NCBI RefSeq assembly: GCF_009914755.1
Contig: NC_060927.1
Direction: 5' to 3' (one strand)
DNA: 64,000 bases
Source: the human T2T-CHM13v2.0 reference genome, Homo sapiens
Positions 44,480 through 58,127 of this stretch are shown here, one piece after another. The position numbers and the translations under genes were made by a program. The number at the start of each line of letters is the position of its first letter. Position 1 is the first letter of the stretch. Under the pieces are notes generated by a model, which worked only from the letters and a program-made list of their open reading frames with translations, had not been told where the DNA came from and made no database searches.

Positions 44480-46060
44480 CTGTTTTTAAAATATCTACTA
44501 TATCTTTCTTTTTGGAGTGCTTAGTGTACTTACGTATATAATGACTGAAATAGTTGCTTTAATTCTACCTACCTGCTATTTTTTTTCTATTTATCGTATC
44601 TGTTCTTCGTTCCTTTATTCCTCCTTCTCTACTTGGTTTTGAATTAAGTATATTGTATTCATTCCACTTATCTCCTCTATTAGTTTTATATTCCTGACAT
44701 TATTAGCTCTTATGTGGGAAATTAATATGCCTTCCTAGCTTCTCAATATATATATTTTAAATTCATATTTTACGCTTCACAAACAATGCAAAAAGCTTAC
44801 CACAGTTTAACCTCATTAAGGCCCTCCAGTTTGTTTGTGATATTGTTAGTTTTATTTCCACATTGTTATGTTCCTCCAACTCTTTCCTTATTTTTGTTTT
44901 AAAAAGTCAGTATCCTTTTAATATTTACACACAGACTTTTCCTTTACTGTGCCCTTTGTTCTTTCCTAAAGTTTAATATATCCACCTGGGATTATTTTCC
45001 TTCAGCCTGAAACATTTCCTTGAGTAAAACTTATAGTGCCATTCTCTAGATACTCTAAACTTGGGAGCTCATTGGATGAGTTTAAGAGCATGTGGGACAC
45101 AACTTATTAACTCAAAGACGAGATCATTTTTTAAAAATGCCTGAACTGAAACACAAAAGTGGAAAAAAGTTTAAACTTGCTCAAGGTTTATTTGTCTGAA
45201 AATATATTTATTTTGACTTAACTTTTGAGTATATTTTTACTTGGTATAAAATTCTAAGTTGGCAATATTTTTCTTTTATCTCTTTAAAGATGTTAAGACA
45301 TTGTCTTCTGGCTTCCATAGTTTCTACTGAAAAATCATCCATCAATTTTGTTGTTACTTTGAAAGTAATGTGTCCCCCTTCCTCCACCTCTGCTTTGATT
45401 TGTCTCATATTTTTTCTTTGTCTTTAATTTTTAGCACTTTGAATATTATGTGCCTAAATAGGGTTTTCATTGTTTTTATTCTTATTGATATTCCCTGTTC
45501 TTGGATCTGTGGGTTGATATCCTCGATTTGTTTTGGAAAATTCTGTTGTTTTCTCTGCAACAATTTCTTCTATAGTCCCTCTTTTCTCTCGTTCTGGGAC
45601 TTCGGTTATGCATGTATTAGATCTTCTGACTGTGTAGTCAATGTCTGTAATGTTTTTTTCCATTCTTTCTATTCTATCTTAGTTCTCACATTTGTATTTC
45701 AGTTTGGTCATTTTTAAAAACTGATCTTGTCTTTGAGTTAAATATGCTATGTCCCACATGCTATTAAATTCATGCAATAAGTTCCTAAGTTTAGATATTA
45801 TATTTTCCAAATTCCATAATAACCATATGGCTTTCTTAGCCATTTTTATTCTCTTTGAAACTCTTAACCTTTAATACATACCTAGTTCCTTTGTATCCAT
45901 TAACATAATAATCTTTATTATTTTAAAGTCATTTTCTGCTAATTTTTATATTTGTGAGTCTGCTTCTATTGTTTGATTTTTTTCTCTTGATTATAAATCA
46001 TACCTTCAATTTTCTTTTCATGTTAGTAATTTTTAGTTATCTTACAGATATTGGGTATTA
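44480..46060 (-). mobile_element. Ancient L1M ORF1-region remnant
   Basis: Minus-strand peptides resemble degenerate ORF1p (ETMEARRQCLNIFKEIKEKYCQLRILY; RRSNTCITEVPERE). Confidence 0.75.
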
Positions 46061-46850
46061 AAAATAACCCCAAACAAAACAAAATAATGACAACAACAAA
46101 ACAAAATGTTCAGATGAAATGTCTACCAGCAAGGGTTCCTCCTATCCTCTGATGGGCAGACAGGCAGAGATTGTGCTGGATAGGAGGTTGAGTTGCAATT
46201 TTTAGCAAATCCCAGCTCACCTTTTATTTGTCCCTGATTTTTGCAGAGGTCAATTTTGGGCTTTTGATGAGAAGCCTAGCAGCTACCTGTCTCCACAGTT
46301 CTAAATAGTTTGCTCTTCAGAGGTTTAGAGGCTGTATCTTAGATATCCATGCCACAAAGGTTCAAATCTGGCAAATGGTTTATGAGGAAAAATTGTTGGA
46401 CATTTATTGTAAACCCGTATTTCTAACAAGATGTTGTTTCTCAAGCACTGCAGACTACAGCAGATTTTATTTTCTCTTTCTGGTTCTGCCCCTTTAAGAC
46501 TTCCCCACCATTCCAAAACATATGGAAATGAGCCTTGCATTTTGCACTCTTCTATTTTCCCATCTATTATGCCAATCCCATTCATTCACCAAAACTTCTG
46601 CTGATTTTTCTTTTACCCAGTAAAGTCCTTCTCTTTGGCCGAAATCTCATCTTCAGCCTTTACCTGCAATGAACAAATGCTCCTTGGGAAGCAAACAGCT
46701 GGTGATTATAAGCTCATGTAGGAACTTGAGTTTATCTAGTTCCTGTTGCTTCCAACAAGATAGTGTCTTTAATGACGCTTTCAGTTTACCTGTTTTTTTT
46801 TTCTTATTGCAACAGTGTGTGTGTTAGCCTGCTGTGACCATCTACTTCTT

Positions 46851-47004
46851 TTTTTTTAAATTAAAAAAATTTTTTTTTGTATTTTTAGTAGAGATGGGGT
46901 TTCACCATGTTAGCCAGGATGGTCTCCATCTCCTGACCTCGTGATCTGCCCGCCTCAGCCTCCCAAAGTGCTGGGATTATAGGCTTCAGCCACCGGGCCC
47001 AGCC
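46851..47004 (-). mobile_element. Alu left arm only (AluSc/Y-type) with TSD
   Basis: Left monomer plus A-rich end. TSD CATCTACTTCTT at 46839-46850 and 47005-47016. Confidence 0.9.
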
Positions 47005-49263
47005 CATCTACTTCTTATCTAGAAATGAAAGTCCCTCTCAGATGTATAAGGGGGCAGAAATTTTGGAGCTTGAACGGACTTTGGCATGTGCTCAGAATTG
47101 TAAAGTGATGTATTCAAGACAAAAAACAAACAAACAAATCCAAAAAAACGATAAAGCTAGAAATTGGACCTGAGGTAAACTTGAGGGAGGTCTTCTGATC
47201 CCATCTATTATTCAAGAGGACAGGGAGCAGAGAAAGAGAGGAAGAGAGAAGATATTGTGGAAGGCTCTACCTGAAACAGAGAGCAATTCTGAAGTTTTTG
47301 CTCCAATTCTGGAATTCAGAAGTGACCTACCCTCAGAAACACTGGAAAACACACTTAGGTCTTTTGAGCCAATTATTACATCTAACATTTGCCTATTATT
47401 ATTGTTGTTGTTGTTCTACCTGGTTTGAAAACAGGATTTAAAATAATTTGCCAATGATGAGAGCTCCTCTGGGGAAGGTTACAGATGAGGCAAATAGGAT
47501 GATAATATAGAGGGTAAGAAAGGCTGTTATTAGAAAGCTGAGAATATTACTTTTGGCAGGGGTACATTGGTAGTTGAAGGAATTTCAGGACTAGGTGATG
47601 TGGGCTCATGAATTACTCCACTCAACAGAGCAAATGAGACAAGACTGGGTTCCTGTCCTTTGAAAACATAAAAAGGAAATGTTTCGATCCTTTTCTACAG
47701 GGAAAGTTGATCACTGTCACTTTTCCCCCCTCTATGATTGTTGAGCTAGTCCAGAGTGCCAAAGTAAGGGAAGAAAAAGTACAAGATTAATGACGAGATG
47801 GGATTCTGGAACTGAGAGCAGAGAGACCCATCCCTTCCCGAGATGCTCCTCACCCTTCCACTCACACGCTGAGCTACTGAAGCCAAACTTCACCTCTTAT
47901 ATGGGGAAGGAAAAACATTTGAATTTGCAGAAAGTCAAAGTCATGAGAAGATAAAAGAAATGTGATTAAAAATAAATGTGATTTTTATGTTTTATCTTTA
48001 ATGTGGCAGTAGTATATTTATTTAAGTTTTGTGGTATTTTGTCCTGCTCTTGATTGAAATTGTATGTCTCTAGTCAAGCCTAAAAAAGAGGTTGCTAAGC
48101 AATTTAACAATGTAAACAAGTAAGAGGGGGAGAAATGTTCAGGATCAACGGGAAGCAGTGTGTTTTTATTTTCTTAGAAGAACAAACTGAACAAACTGTA
48201 TTTAAGAATATTATCACACTATTGTCTACATGCAAATGTGTGCTGCTATTTGTAAACGAATCACATCCCTTTATTAAGGAAGGATGTCTATTTGTCATCT
48301 TTGCAGCAATTCCAGTAATAAAAAAATGCCCATTTCTTTAAAATTATGCGCTATTGATGGCAGCTAACATTTCTGGAGTACTTATTATGAACCAGGATGC
48401 TAAACAAGGATCACTTCATACAAGCTATTGCATTTAATCTTCACAATTGTTTTATGAGGTAATTACTAATATTATCCTCCTTTTTAACACGTAAGAAAAT
48501 GGAGACTTAGCAAGGTTAAGTAACTTGCCCAAGGACATATAATAAAGGGCAGAGCCCAGTTCAATTTGATTCAAAAGCCTATGTGCTAATCATTTTGCAA
48601 TAATCAGAATGGTCTTTCAATAGCTGCAAACCTGTGGTGCAAAACTTTCCATTGGAATGATGGCCAATCCAGTGGCTTGGTTTCTAAACAACTCCATTCC
48701 TCCTTTCTGTTCTACTCAGCCAATCACCTTGATGACCACTCTTCTCTCTCAGTCCACAGTGGTCAAGTTGTGTTGCCTAAAGCATGAAAAAGGGAAATGA
48801 ACAGTATGAGAAAGCAAGATTGACTTGGTATCTTCTTATTGCTACCCTCTTGCTGGGTCCCAGCATATCACCTTACTAATTGTATAGCCTATGGCAATAA
48901 ACTTTATAATTCTCACCTCTGAAATTAGGATTATATTACCAATCTTGCAAAATTGCTATAGGAAAATGAAATACTGCATGAAAAGTGCCTAATTCAATGC
49001 AGACACATGATAATGTTTGTCATATATGAGTTTTCTTCCCCTTCCTAATTCTATCTTTAATGCATCCTTATGCTATATCTTTCTTCAAAGTCAGAACCTT
49101 GTCTAGGAGATTTTTAAGCACTGTGTTGTTATCTAGACTTTGCATATAACTCACAGAAGATTGTGAGATGACTAATGTGAAGACATCTTTGGACAAGCAA
49201 TTATCAACTTCCTACCTGATATATTCTCATAATGTGAATACTTGCTTTAAAAGTACTTCTCCA

Positions 49264-49747
49264 AGGTGTGTATGTGTCACATTTTCTTAATCCAGTCTAT
49301 CATTGATGGACATTTGGGTTGGTTCCAAGTCTTTGCTATTGTGAATAGTGCTGCAATAAATATATGTCATGGAATACTATGCAGCCATAAAAAAGGATGA
49401 GTTCATGTCCTTGATAGGGACATGGATGAAGCTGGAAACCATCATTCTCAGCAAACTATCGCAAGGACAAAAAACCAAACACCACATGTTCTCACTCATA
49501 GGTGGGAATTGAACAATGAGAACACATGGACACAGGAAGGGGAACATCACACACCAGGGCCTGTCGTGGGGTGGGGGGAGGGGGGAGGGATAGCATTAGG
49601 AGATATACCTAATGTAAAAGTTAATGGGTGCAGCACACCAACATGGCACATGTATACATATGTAACAAACCTGCACGTTGTGCACATGTACCCTAGAACT
49701 TAAAGTATAATAAAATAAATAAAATCAATACATAAAATTAAAAAAAT
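49264..49747 (+). mobile_element. Short 5'-inverted L1PA (PA4/5-like) insertion
   Basis: Antisense 49265-49367, then sense 49368 to the A tail. TSD (T)AAAAGTACTTCTCCA at 49248-49263 and 49747-49762. Confidence 0.95.
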
Positions 49748-49969
49748 AAAAGTACTTCTCCACTTTAAACACTACTCAATTATCTATTGGCATAAAGATT
49801 GCCCGCCCTCTACTCCACACCACAACAAATAAATCCCATGATAACATACCCAAGAAGCAGAATTCAGGATCCCTTCTCTTCATTTGGAGTCTTCTGGAGT
49901 TGAACAGCTCTTGAGTAGGGGGCACTTTTTTGCTGTAATAAATTTGTCTTTGTGACAAACTGAAGCCAC

Positions 49970-49988
49970 TGGCCTCCAGGTGGAGCTG
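49970..49988 (+). promoter_or_regulatory. Candidate CTCF motif
   Basis: TGGCCTCCAGGTGGAGCTG resembles the consensus TGGCCACCAGGTGGCGCTG, in unique sequence. Confidence 0.45.
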
Positions 49989-50353
49989 CATGAAAGAAAG
50001 AGAGAAGTGAAAAGAGGGAAAAATAGGTTGGTGTTCCAGAGAAGTAGATAGCCTGAGAAAGACTCAATAAAACCAAGATGGTACATGGTCCTCAGGGGAT
50101 TTTCTAGGAAAAGAAGTGACATGCAAACTGATTCAGCCAGTTTAATTCCACAAGAATTTGAAGAGACTGCCAATGTGCTCAGCCAGCCCCAGTGTCTGAT
50201 GCAAGAAAAATGAGACATGGTCCCCAGGAAGCTGGCAGTCTTTGGGAGTGGCAGCACATAGGCATGGAAGAAGAACATCAGGAGACCATGTGTAATTCAA
50301 TGGTAAAACGGTCATGCAGCTTAGGACATGGTTTCAGAGGTGAGAGAAAAGCT

Positions 50354-50357
<4 letters not shown>

Positions 50358-50399
<42 letters not shown>

Positions 50400-50400
50400 C
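50358..50400. repeat. (TG)n(CG)n microsatellite, potential Z-DNA
   Basis: About 17 TG units followed by CGCGCGC. Confidence 0.95.
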
Positions 50401-53400
50401 TACTACGTTCCAGGCACTAAATTTGATGGGTTACATAAATTATCTCATTTAATTAATCCTAAAAACAAACCTTTGACATGAGCCCATTTTAATGGCAAGG
50501 AAATGGAAGCAAAAAGATTAAATAACCTGCCCAGGAGCCAACAGCAAGCGAGCTGTAGGATTAAAAGTTAAACCTGTCTGAATTCAACACCTATGGTCTT
50601 GAAAGGCCTGAGCCATTTGCTAGCCATATAACTAAACCCTCCTGACTCTTCTGTGCCTGTTTTTTTAATGGGACAAATGGATATCATATTGCTGTATTTG
50701 AATTGTTTGGGGGTAATCCTTTGCTTCTGCCCTCTTCTTCAGCAATATGACCTTCACTTTGGCCCTGATAATTGGACACCTCTTGCTTTAACCATGTGAT
50801 CCTGCCTCCAAATGGAGGCTGCTGAGACCAAGGTAGGCACTTGACTCAAGGGAGGTGTGGTGGAAGGAGAGAACCATGGCAACTTTGTCTGTCCTGAAGC
50901 CTGATGGTTCAGTCAGCTTTTCCTAGATTCTGTGAGACTACGCTATAACTGTACAGTCATCTCCCCAACCCCTATTCTTCTGTTTTCTTGAGCTGAATTG
51001 AGCTTCTGTTACCACAACCAACAGATCCCTGACTAGAACAAATACTTTCCATGGAGTTATTGTGAGGAATCCATGAGATAAGGTAAATTAGAAAGGACAA
51101 GATCAAGGAGACCATAGCTATTTATCTTAGTGAGTAAAATAGCAATTTGGCCTTTATAATTGGATCCCAAGATTTTCAGTTTATGAAATGTTTCATTACG
51201 TCAAAAGCAGGATATGCGCAATTTTCATTTTTACTTTTCCTGCCAGGAGAAATCAAAGTGGCTGATAGTCATGTTAAACTAAAGACGCAGCCCCAAGGTT
51301 CTCTGTATTTTGGACAGAGAGGCCCCAGGCTGGTCATCTGGTAACCACTTTAAATTGGGTTTCCACTGGAGCCACACTGTACCCTGAGGACTCTTCCATA
51401 GGAGATGTAGATATCCTGACTGAATGATGGACTGCCTGACTGGCTGGCCAGCCATACTGCAATCTTCACCTGTGTGAAGGTTCTGAGAGAAGTGCGCCAC
51501 TCAGATCCAACAAGCTGTTTGACCAAGGACACTTCTTATTTGATTTGGTTCAATTGCATCGACTGCCCGTGTCACTGAAAATGATCAAAGCAATTGCATA
51601 TAGACACAGCCTGAGAATACAAAGCTGCTTCTTTAAAACAAAAAAGCAAACAAACTTCACACTGGACATTTTAAGACTGGGTTATTTAGTATCATGGACG
51701 CTTTGCCTTTGGGATGTTGATTTAGTAGGTTTGAAAAGATGGCCAGAGACAGCATACTTTTTGCTGGCATCTGATTTGTCACATGGTTCATGTTGCTTTA
51801 TTTATCATGGACCACAGGGTGCCAAGGCTTTCTTTGCTTCTTGATAATTTCAGTACTTCTCAGGTTAAAGTGGAGCCTTTGGATCTGGCTCTCCTCCCTA
51901 ACCCCTTCCTTATGCACCGCACATTCTCTTACTTTCTCTGGGGATCACACGGCTTCTTGCATTCTCCAACTGCAGTCAGGCAGCAGAGGAAGCAACATTT
52001 TTGTTAGTGAGTTTTTCCCCCGTGGCTGCTTTATTACTTAGACCATGTAAATCTCAGTTGGAGGGTGGCCTTTGTGTGAACCTCATTCTGAATCTCAATT
52101 GACTCGTGCAAAGACAGTCCGTATATTTTCCTGCTACTTTTTCACTACTTTCATCTTTCTCAGCTTTTGCGTATTAGGATCAGTTATGGTTTTTTTTTAA
52201 ATAAAGTATCTTTTGTTGACAGTATTAGAGCTTCCCACTCCAAGACACTGCAGGTTAGGGCTTGCTTCCTGCAGGAGAATTTTGGAAGAGGTTCATGGGA
52301 AAGGATCAGATGCCATATAGATACTGTGATGCCTTTAATCCATATGATTTTTTGGGAGAGAATGCTGAATCATGATGGGTGTTTGGTGTCCTTTAATTAC
52401 CAAAGTTATCAGGAAAAGAAAGTGTACCACAATCTCATACTGATGGATTACATTGCAGGCACTGGAAAGAAATCTTTTTCTAGAACAGCCTTTGTCATGG
52501 TGGAGGTGGGGGTAGGGGGCTGGCACTTCCCATTTGCCCATTCTGTGTACTAGAATCTTAGCGGCAAAGGTCAGGTAGGGTTTAGCCAAGTCCGATATCT
52601 ATCTACAATTATATCTGGATTCGTTAACCTAGGACTTGATGAATTTAACAATAAATGTCCATTAAACCTGTATATGATAAATACATCAAGTATAAAACAA
52701 TGGCAAACATTTTTCAAGTACTTACCACATGCCAGGCAAGAATTCTATCTCATCTTTTCCTCTAAGCAACTCTACGAGGTCATAATAACAGCTAAGATTT
52801 ATTCAGCTCTCACTCTGTGCCAGGAACTATTCCAACTGCCATGCATGCCCTTATTTACTTATTTCATTCTCCCAGTAATACTGTGGGTTATTTAGTATCA
52901 TGTGGTATGGGCACGAGTTTTCAACCCATTTTATAAATAAGGAAACTGAAGTACACGCAGAGAGGTTAGGGAACTTGCCCCAGGTTGTAAAGCTGACAAT
53001 GAGTGAAGCTGGGATTCACACCCAGCTGTCTGATTTCGAATCCCATGTGATAAATGATAACCATCCCTCAAAAAATACATGGTGAATGTGGACTAGTGAA
53101 AAGCTCCAGTTTCTTCTGTGACTAAAGGAGTCATTGCTGCTTATAAATGAGCAGGACTTGTCCACTATCAGATTCTGCTGGTCCTTGTGGCTCCTCCGCT
53201 GTTTTGGTGATGGGCAGCCAGTGCTAGAATGGTGGCAGCTCTTTGTGGAACTTTGATGCTATCTGGAGCTTATTCTCCATCTCTGCTATTTCTTAGATTT
53301 TGCTTTAAATACATTCTTTGTCTGTTGATTTCTATAGAGATTGGCTCCCGCCAATACTTTCTGCAAAATAACCTGCCTCTAATTGCCCAGAAATGCCTCT

Positions 53401-55480
53401 CTCTGGGTTTGTTTACATGGCACTGTGACTCTGTCTGCTCAGAACTGTGCCCTCCATGCCCTGTCTGTGTTTCTCTCCTCTATTAGCATTCTCTGCCATA
53501 TTAAGGCTGTGAAGAGAGCCACATTTCCCTGCCTTTGCTAAAAAGAAACGTTAATATTGGGATTTCAGCTAAAAAGTGAATATTCCATTGGATACCTCTA
53601 TGATACAATTAAAGAGATTTAACCCCAGTAATAATACCTCCAGAGTGTTCTGGTTTGTTTTAAGCATTTTATACCCACTATCAAGTTGGTTACATAAGAC
53701 AGAGTTAAGACAGAGTAGGAAAGAGGAATGAGCATGGGCTTTGAAGTCAAGCAAGTCTGGGTGTACAACCCAGTTCCAGCACACACTGACTGTGTGGCCT
53801 TACGCACTGGACCTCTCTGAGCTTTATTCTTCCAGAAAACAGAGATAATAACTTATAGAACTTTCTGAGGCTCACAAATGATGCAGATGTGATATTCCTG
53901 GTATAGACTAGGTCTCCAAAAGTTTTTCTTTCCTTTCATCAAATTTCCTGTTCTGCCAATGTTTGGCTTTTACATTTGACGTCTCTGGAACTCATTTTCC
54001 TAATTTTCAAAATGAGGTGTGAAGATCATTCGATTGTCAGGACCTCTTCTAGGTCAAAGTGTTTCCTACATCAACCTTTGTAAATGTGCGAAGTGCTTTC
54101 CTTACATTATCTCATTTGATCCTCTGAACAACCCTTTAGGTTAAGTTCTGTTATGATTCATATTTTACAGAGGAAACAGACTCAGAGAATGAGTAACTGG
54201 CTACTCCCTGATCTAATTTCCCACCTCTCACACGTCGTGGGTTTAGAAACCACCTAAACAAACTCGTTAGAACTATGCCTCAAATAAGAGTAGGTATGCA
54301 CTGAGGAGGGCTTGAGCCGCTCTAGCTCTTGGAGAAGCATGAGGGCTTGGAGACTGTGACAATTCAGTTTCATCAGAGAGAAGGAAAAGCCATTCAAAAT
54401 AATTCGAAGCCCATCAAATGTTTATACTAATTTGCACACGTAAATACATAAATGTTTGTGTTTGCTACACCCACATTGTGCTTAAATGTTCTGTTCCTTA
54501 GATTTACCAATTTCCACTGCAAATTCAAATACAAGTTGTAGCAACATTCAACTTTCCTACGTAAATTGCCTAAAACACCAGGGAATCCTGGTGATTCTAC
54601 TGCCATACCTCTCAGGAACCCACAATCGTCGTTACTATTATCTGTTGATAGAAAGCTGATACCCATTTTTCTGGGCTTTGTAACCTTTTTTCTTCTGCAG
54701 ATATGTTGGGTTATAGTTTAACAATATCACAGATGCACTCAGGTGCTTAAGTGAATCTCATGCTATAGTTTCCTTAACTTATTAAATAAAAAGTCATCCA
54801 TCAGCAGTGTTTCAGATCCAATTGAATTTTATTTCACTTTAAAACCTCAATAAACACTAGGAAATTGTGCTGTAAGACTCTGAGTGACAGCCAACACCTT
54901 TCATCGAATAAATTCTACTACTTTCCAAACATGAATTAAACCGTACCACGTTGTAGCCTAGACATAGGCTAAATTTTTTCTTTTCTTCTTCTTCTTTTTT
55001 TTTTTTTTAATCAATACAAGCAAGTAGGTGACAGATGCACAAGGCAGGGGAAAATGAAAACTTTGGAAAGAAACAGATTTGAGTTCTCAAGTACCAAGGG
55101 CATCTACTCTCCCTTAATAAAATGATATTGCCAGTTCCTGATCACATTCAGCTGCTCATATTCTTACGTAGAGAGCTGTTGATCAAATCTTCCTTTGTAA
55201 AAGTTATATTCTCTTGGCGCAGAAACATTTGCTTCTTGGTTTTATTGCAATCAGATGTGGTAAGGTTGTGGCCTGCAGGGAAACTTTCACAGTTTCCAAG
55301 ATGACAAAAAAGTTGGAAACTCTCCTGGGGTCAGACCTTGTATACAACAAGGTCAGCTGGGAACAGAATTCTAAGCCAGGCTGAGTCCCTTGGAAATAGC
55401 AGGATCTGTGGAATCAGAGTTAGAGAGCTAAGGCCTGGCTCAGAGCTTTGAGTTGCACCTGAAGGTTGTGCAAGGAACCA

Positions 55481-55914
55481 TGTCATGCCAGGACCCTATT
55501 AATTTCAGAGGGATGGTACCATGTTTGAGAGGCCAAAGAAGAGACCTAGAGCCAGCAAACAAGATACAGGGTTTATGGAGGGGACTTAGATACAGGGCAA
55601 CTGAGTGGCAGTGGGCCGGACAGAATCACAACCACTTGTAAAAAACATGCAGCTTATTTTCACTTAACATCCTTCCCCTAGCAGCCTTTGCTGGCAAATT
55701 TTAACCCAGAACAAAGGGCCTCAATCCCCTGCACGCCCTGTGTTCCATGGGGTGGGCTGAGGGTTCAGATGTTCCTCATTGATGAGGAATGAATCTCTGG
55801 GTTGGCCACTCCCAGATTCCTTAGCTGAGAACTCCGAACACATATTCTTCTTAAGCCATAGGGTCACTCTCAGAGTATGCTTAAGTTATCGCTGTTGGGT
55901 GCATCTGCCATATA
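55481..55914 (-). mobile_element. ERVL-type solo LTR (LTR47-like, subfamily uncertain)
   Basis: Perfect 5-bp TSD AACCA. Revcomp starts TATATGGCAGATGCACCCAACAGCGATAACTTAAGCATACTCTGAGAGTGACCC. Confidence 0.75.
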
Positions 55915-56787
55915 AACCAAGAGGAACCTGGCACAGATAGGGGATGGGATACAGGCAAACATGGGCTTTCCCAGCCCCTCCCATGATTGCTTACTTCTCC
56001 AACCCTCCTCCAGAAAGAGAGCAAAATTGCTAAGCTTCAAACTGCAGAGTTCTTTCCCCCAAAGTCCTCTGACTCACCCAAGCTGCAGCAACCTTAATGC
56101 AGAAGTTGGCTGCCAGTTTGCTAGAACTTTTGACTAGCCTTGAGTCTGGTTTTATCGTTCCAATCCTCATTTCTCTACACACACCAAATCATGCCTCTTG
56201 GTGTCTTACAGTTTCCATGCATATTGGACTCAGTATTTTGAAAATGTCTTCCCCACCAATTATTATTTTTTGCATGGAGCCTAATACTACCATATAAATT
56301 AGTTGCTGCAATTGTTGTTATTATTATTATAGATGTCCTTGAAACTACAGTAGTTTATCAGCCATCTTAAAGAATTAGGCACCATATACAACAATAATAA
56401 AAATACCCTTCATTTTAAAGACACTTTTACAACCATTATCATCTCATGTCTTGGATTCATTTCTTTATTTGCTCATTTATTCACTCATTCAAGAAAGAGA
56501 CTTCATGGTCTCACTGAGGATAAAATGATTATAAAATATGCTTCCTGGTTTCAAGGAGCTGACAGTGCAGAGGGGAGAGAGTAGGCATGTAAACAGATGT
56601 TGAGAAGACAAGCACTGTGCTACACTCGATCCTCACATTGTTTTATTTACCCACAAGAAAAAAAAAAAAAAGACCAAAAAAGACCTTCTCAAGGTCACAC
56701 AGCTTGATGAATAAAAGCTAAAATGCAGACCTCTTGTTATTAAGCCAATAGATTTTGGCCAGTTCTGTTATTATGTTTCCTTTGGAG

Positions 56788-57110
56788 CAGAAGCTCTCAA
56801 AAGTGTGGTCCAAAGACCCGTTGTCAATACCTGGGAACCTCCTGGGAACTTGTTAGAAATGCAAATTCTCAGAGTCTACCTCAGACCTGCTGGATCAGAA
56901 ATGATGAGGGTGGGCCCAGCAACCTGTGGTTTAACAAGCCCTCCAGGGGATTCTGAGACTCACTAAAGTTTGATAAACCATCACTTGGGGAACTTGTTAA
57001 AATGCAGATTTTCATTCAGTAGGTCTGGGGAAGGTTTTCTGAGTCTACATTTCTAACAAGCTCCCTGGCTAGGCTTGTGCTTCCAGGCCTTGGGTCCTTG
57101 CATAGTAGCA
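56788..57110. mobile_element. MER5A/MER5B composite
   Basis: CTCTCAAAAGTGTGGTCC...GAACTTGTTAGAAATGCAAATTCTCAG...TTTAACAAGCCCTCCAGG, then a second ATTCAGTAGGTCTGGGG copy. Confidence 0.8.
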
Positions 57111-57705
57111 AGAATATAGAGGGAATTCACACCAACAGAGACCACTGGTTAAGCCCAGCTAATGAGTAATGCTGGGATGTCAAGTGAATTCAATAAAATT
57201 GTTCCCTGTCATTTAAGAGCTTAAATGCTAACACAGATAATGCTCATATAGGTAAATTTTTAAGGACACAAAAACTATCAAATAACTCCTGATTATATGT
57301 GTATGTCTGTGTGTGTGTGTGTGTGTGCGCATATGCATGAGCATGTACAGGCATGCATACACACAAACAGAATGGGCAAATATTGAAAGAGACAAATTGT
57401 ATAGCTGTACCTCTCTGATTAAGAGATCACTTGAATATACAAGTACTACAACCAAACACAATCCAGAACCAGGAGCCCAGAAACATTTCTGTGATGGAGC
57501 AGTCAAAATAAATGTTACCAAGTCCATCATTTTTACTAATAAATTAGTCCTTCAAATCATTCTTTAGAGTCATTTTTTATTTTAGACAAAATTCTAACAT
57601 AGGCATATTAAAAACAGATTAGCAGCAGTAAATTGTATAGACAAAGGTCAAGATGTTGTTGACAGGCATTCTGACAGTAAAGCAGTGCCAGCTGGCAAGA
57701 AGAGA

Positions 57706-57707
<2 letters not shown>

Positions 57708-57739
<32 letters not shown>
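57708..57739. repeat. (TG)n microsatellite (a second one lies at about 57308-57328)
   Basis: Read directly from the sequence. Confidence 0.95.
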
Positions 57740-57741
<2 letters not shown>

Positions 57742-58127
57742 ACATGCTTATATGCATACTGATATATTCATTTATATATTCCAAAAACTGTGTGGATTGG
57801 AAAAATGTAATACAGGGGAAACACATCAGTAAGTATCAATAAAGAGCATTGTATAGGAAGCACAAGGTAGTAATCACAGCAACATGCAGAAAATATAAAA
57901 ACTATAAAATGTTCAAGGTAACGATAAAGCATGGAAAACATTTTAGATGTTTCCAAACAAAATGGGGTTCCTAGATTTAGCAAATGAAAATGTTTTATCT
58001 GGCAACCCTAAAAATGGTTAAAAATCAGAGGGCTTTGATAATCTCCAGGAATTTCATTTACATGGATTACCAGTGTCTCGGACAACGCCTGCCAAACATT
58101 CATGTAAGGGAAGGTGATGGAGTGGTT

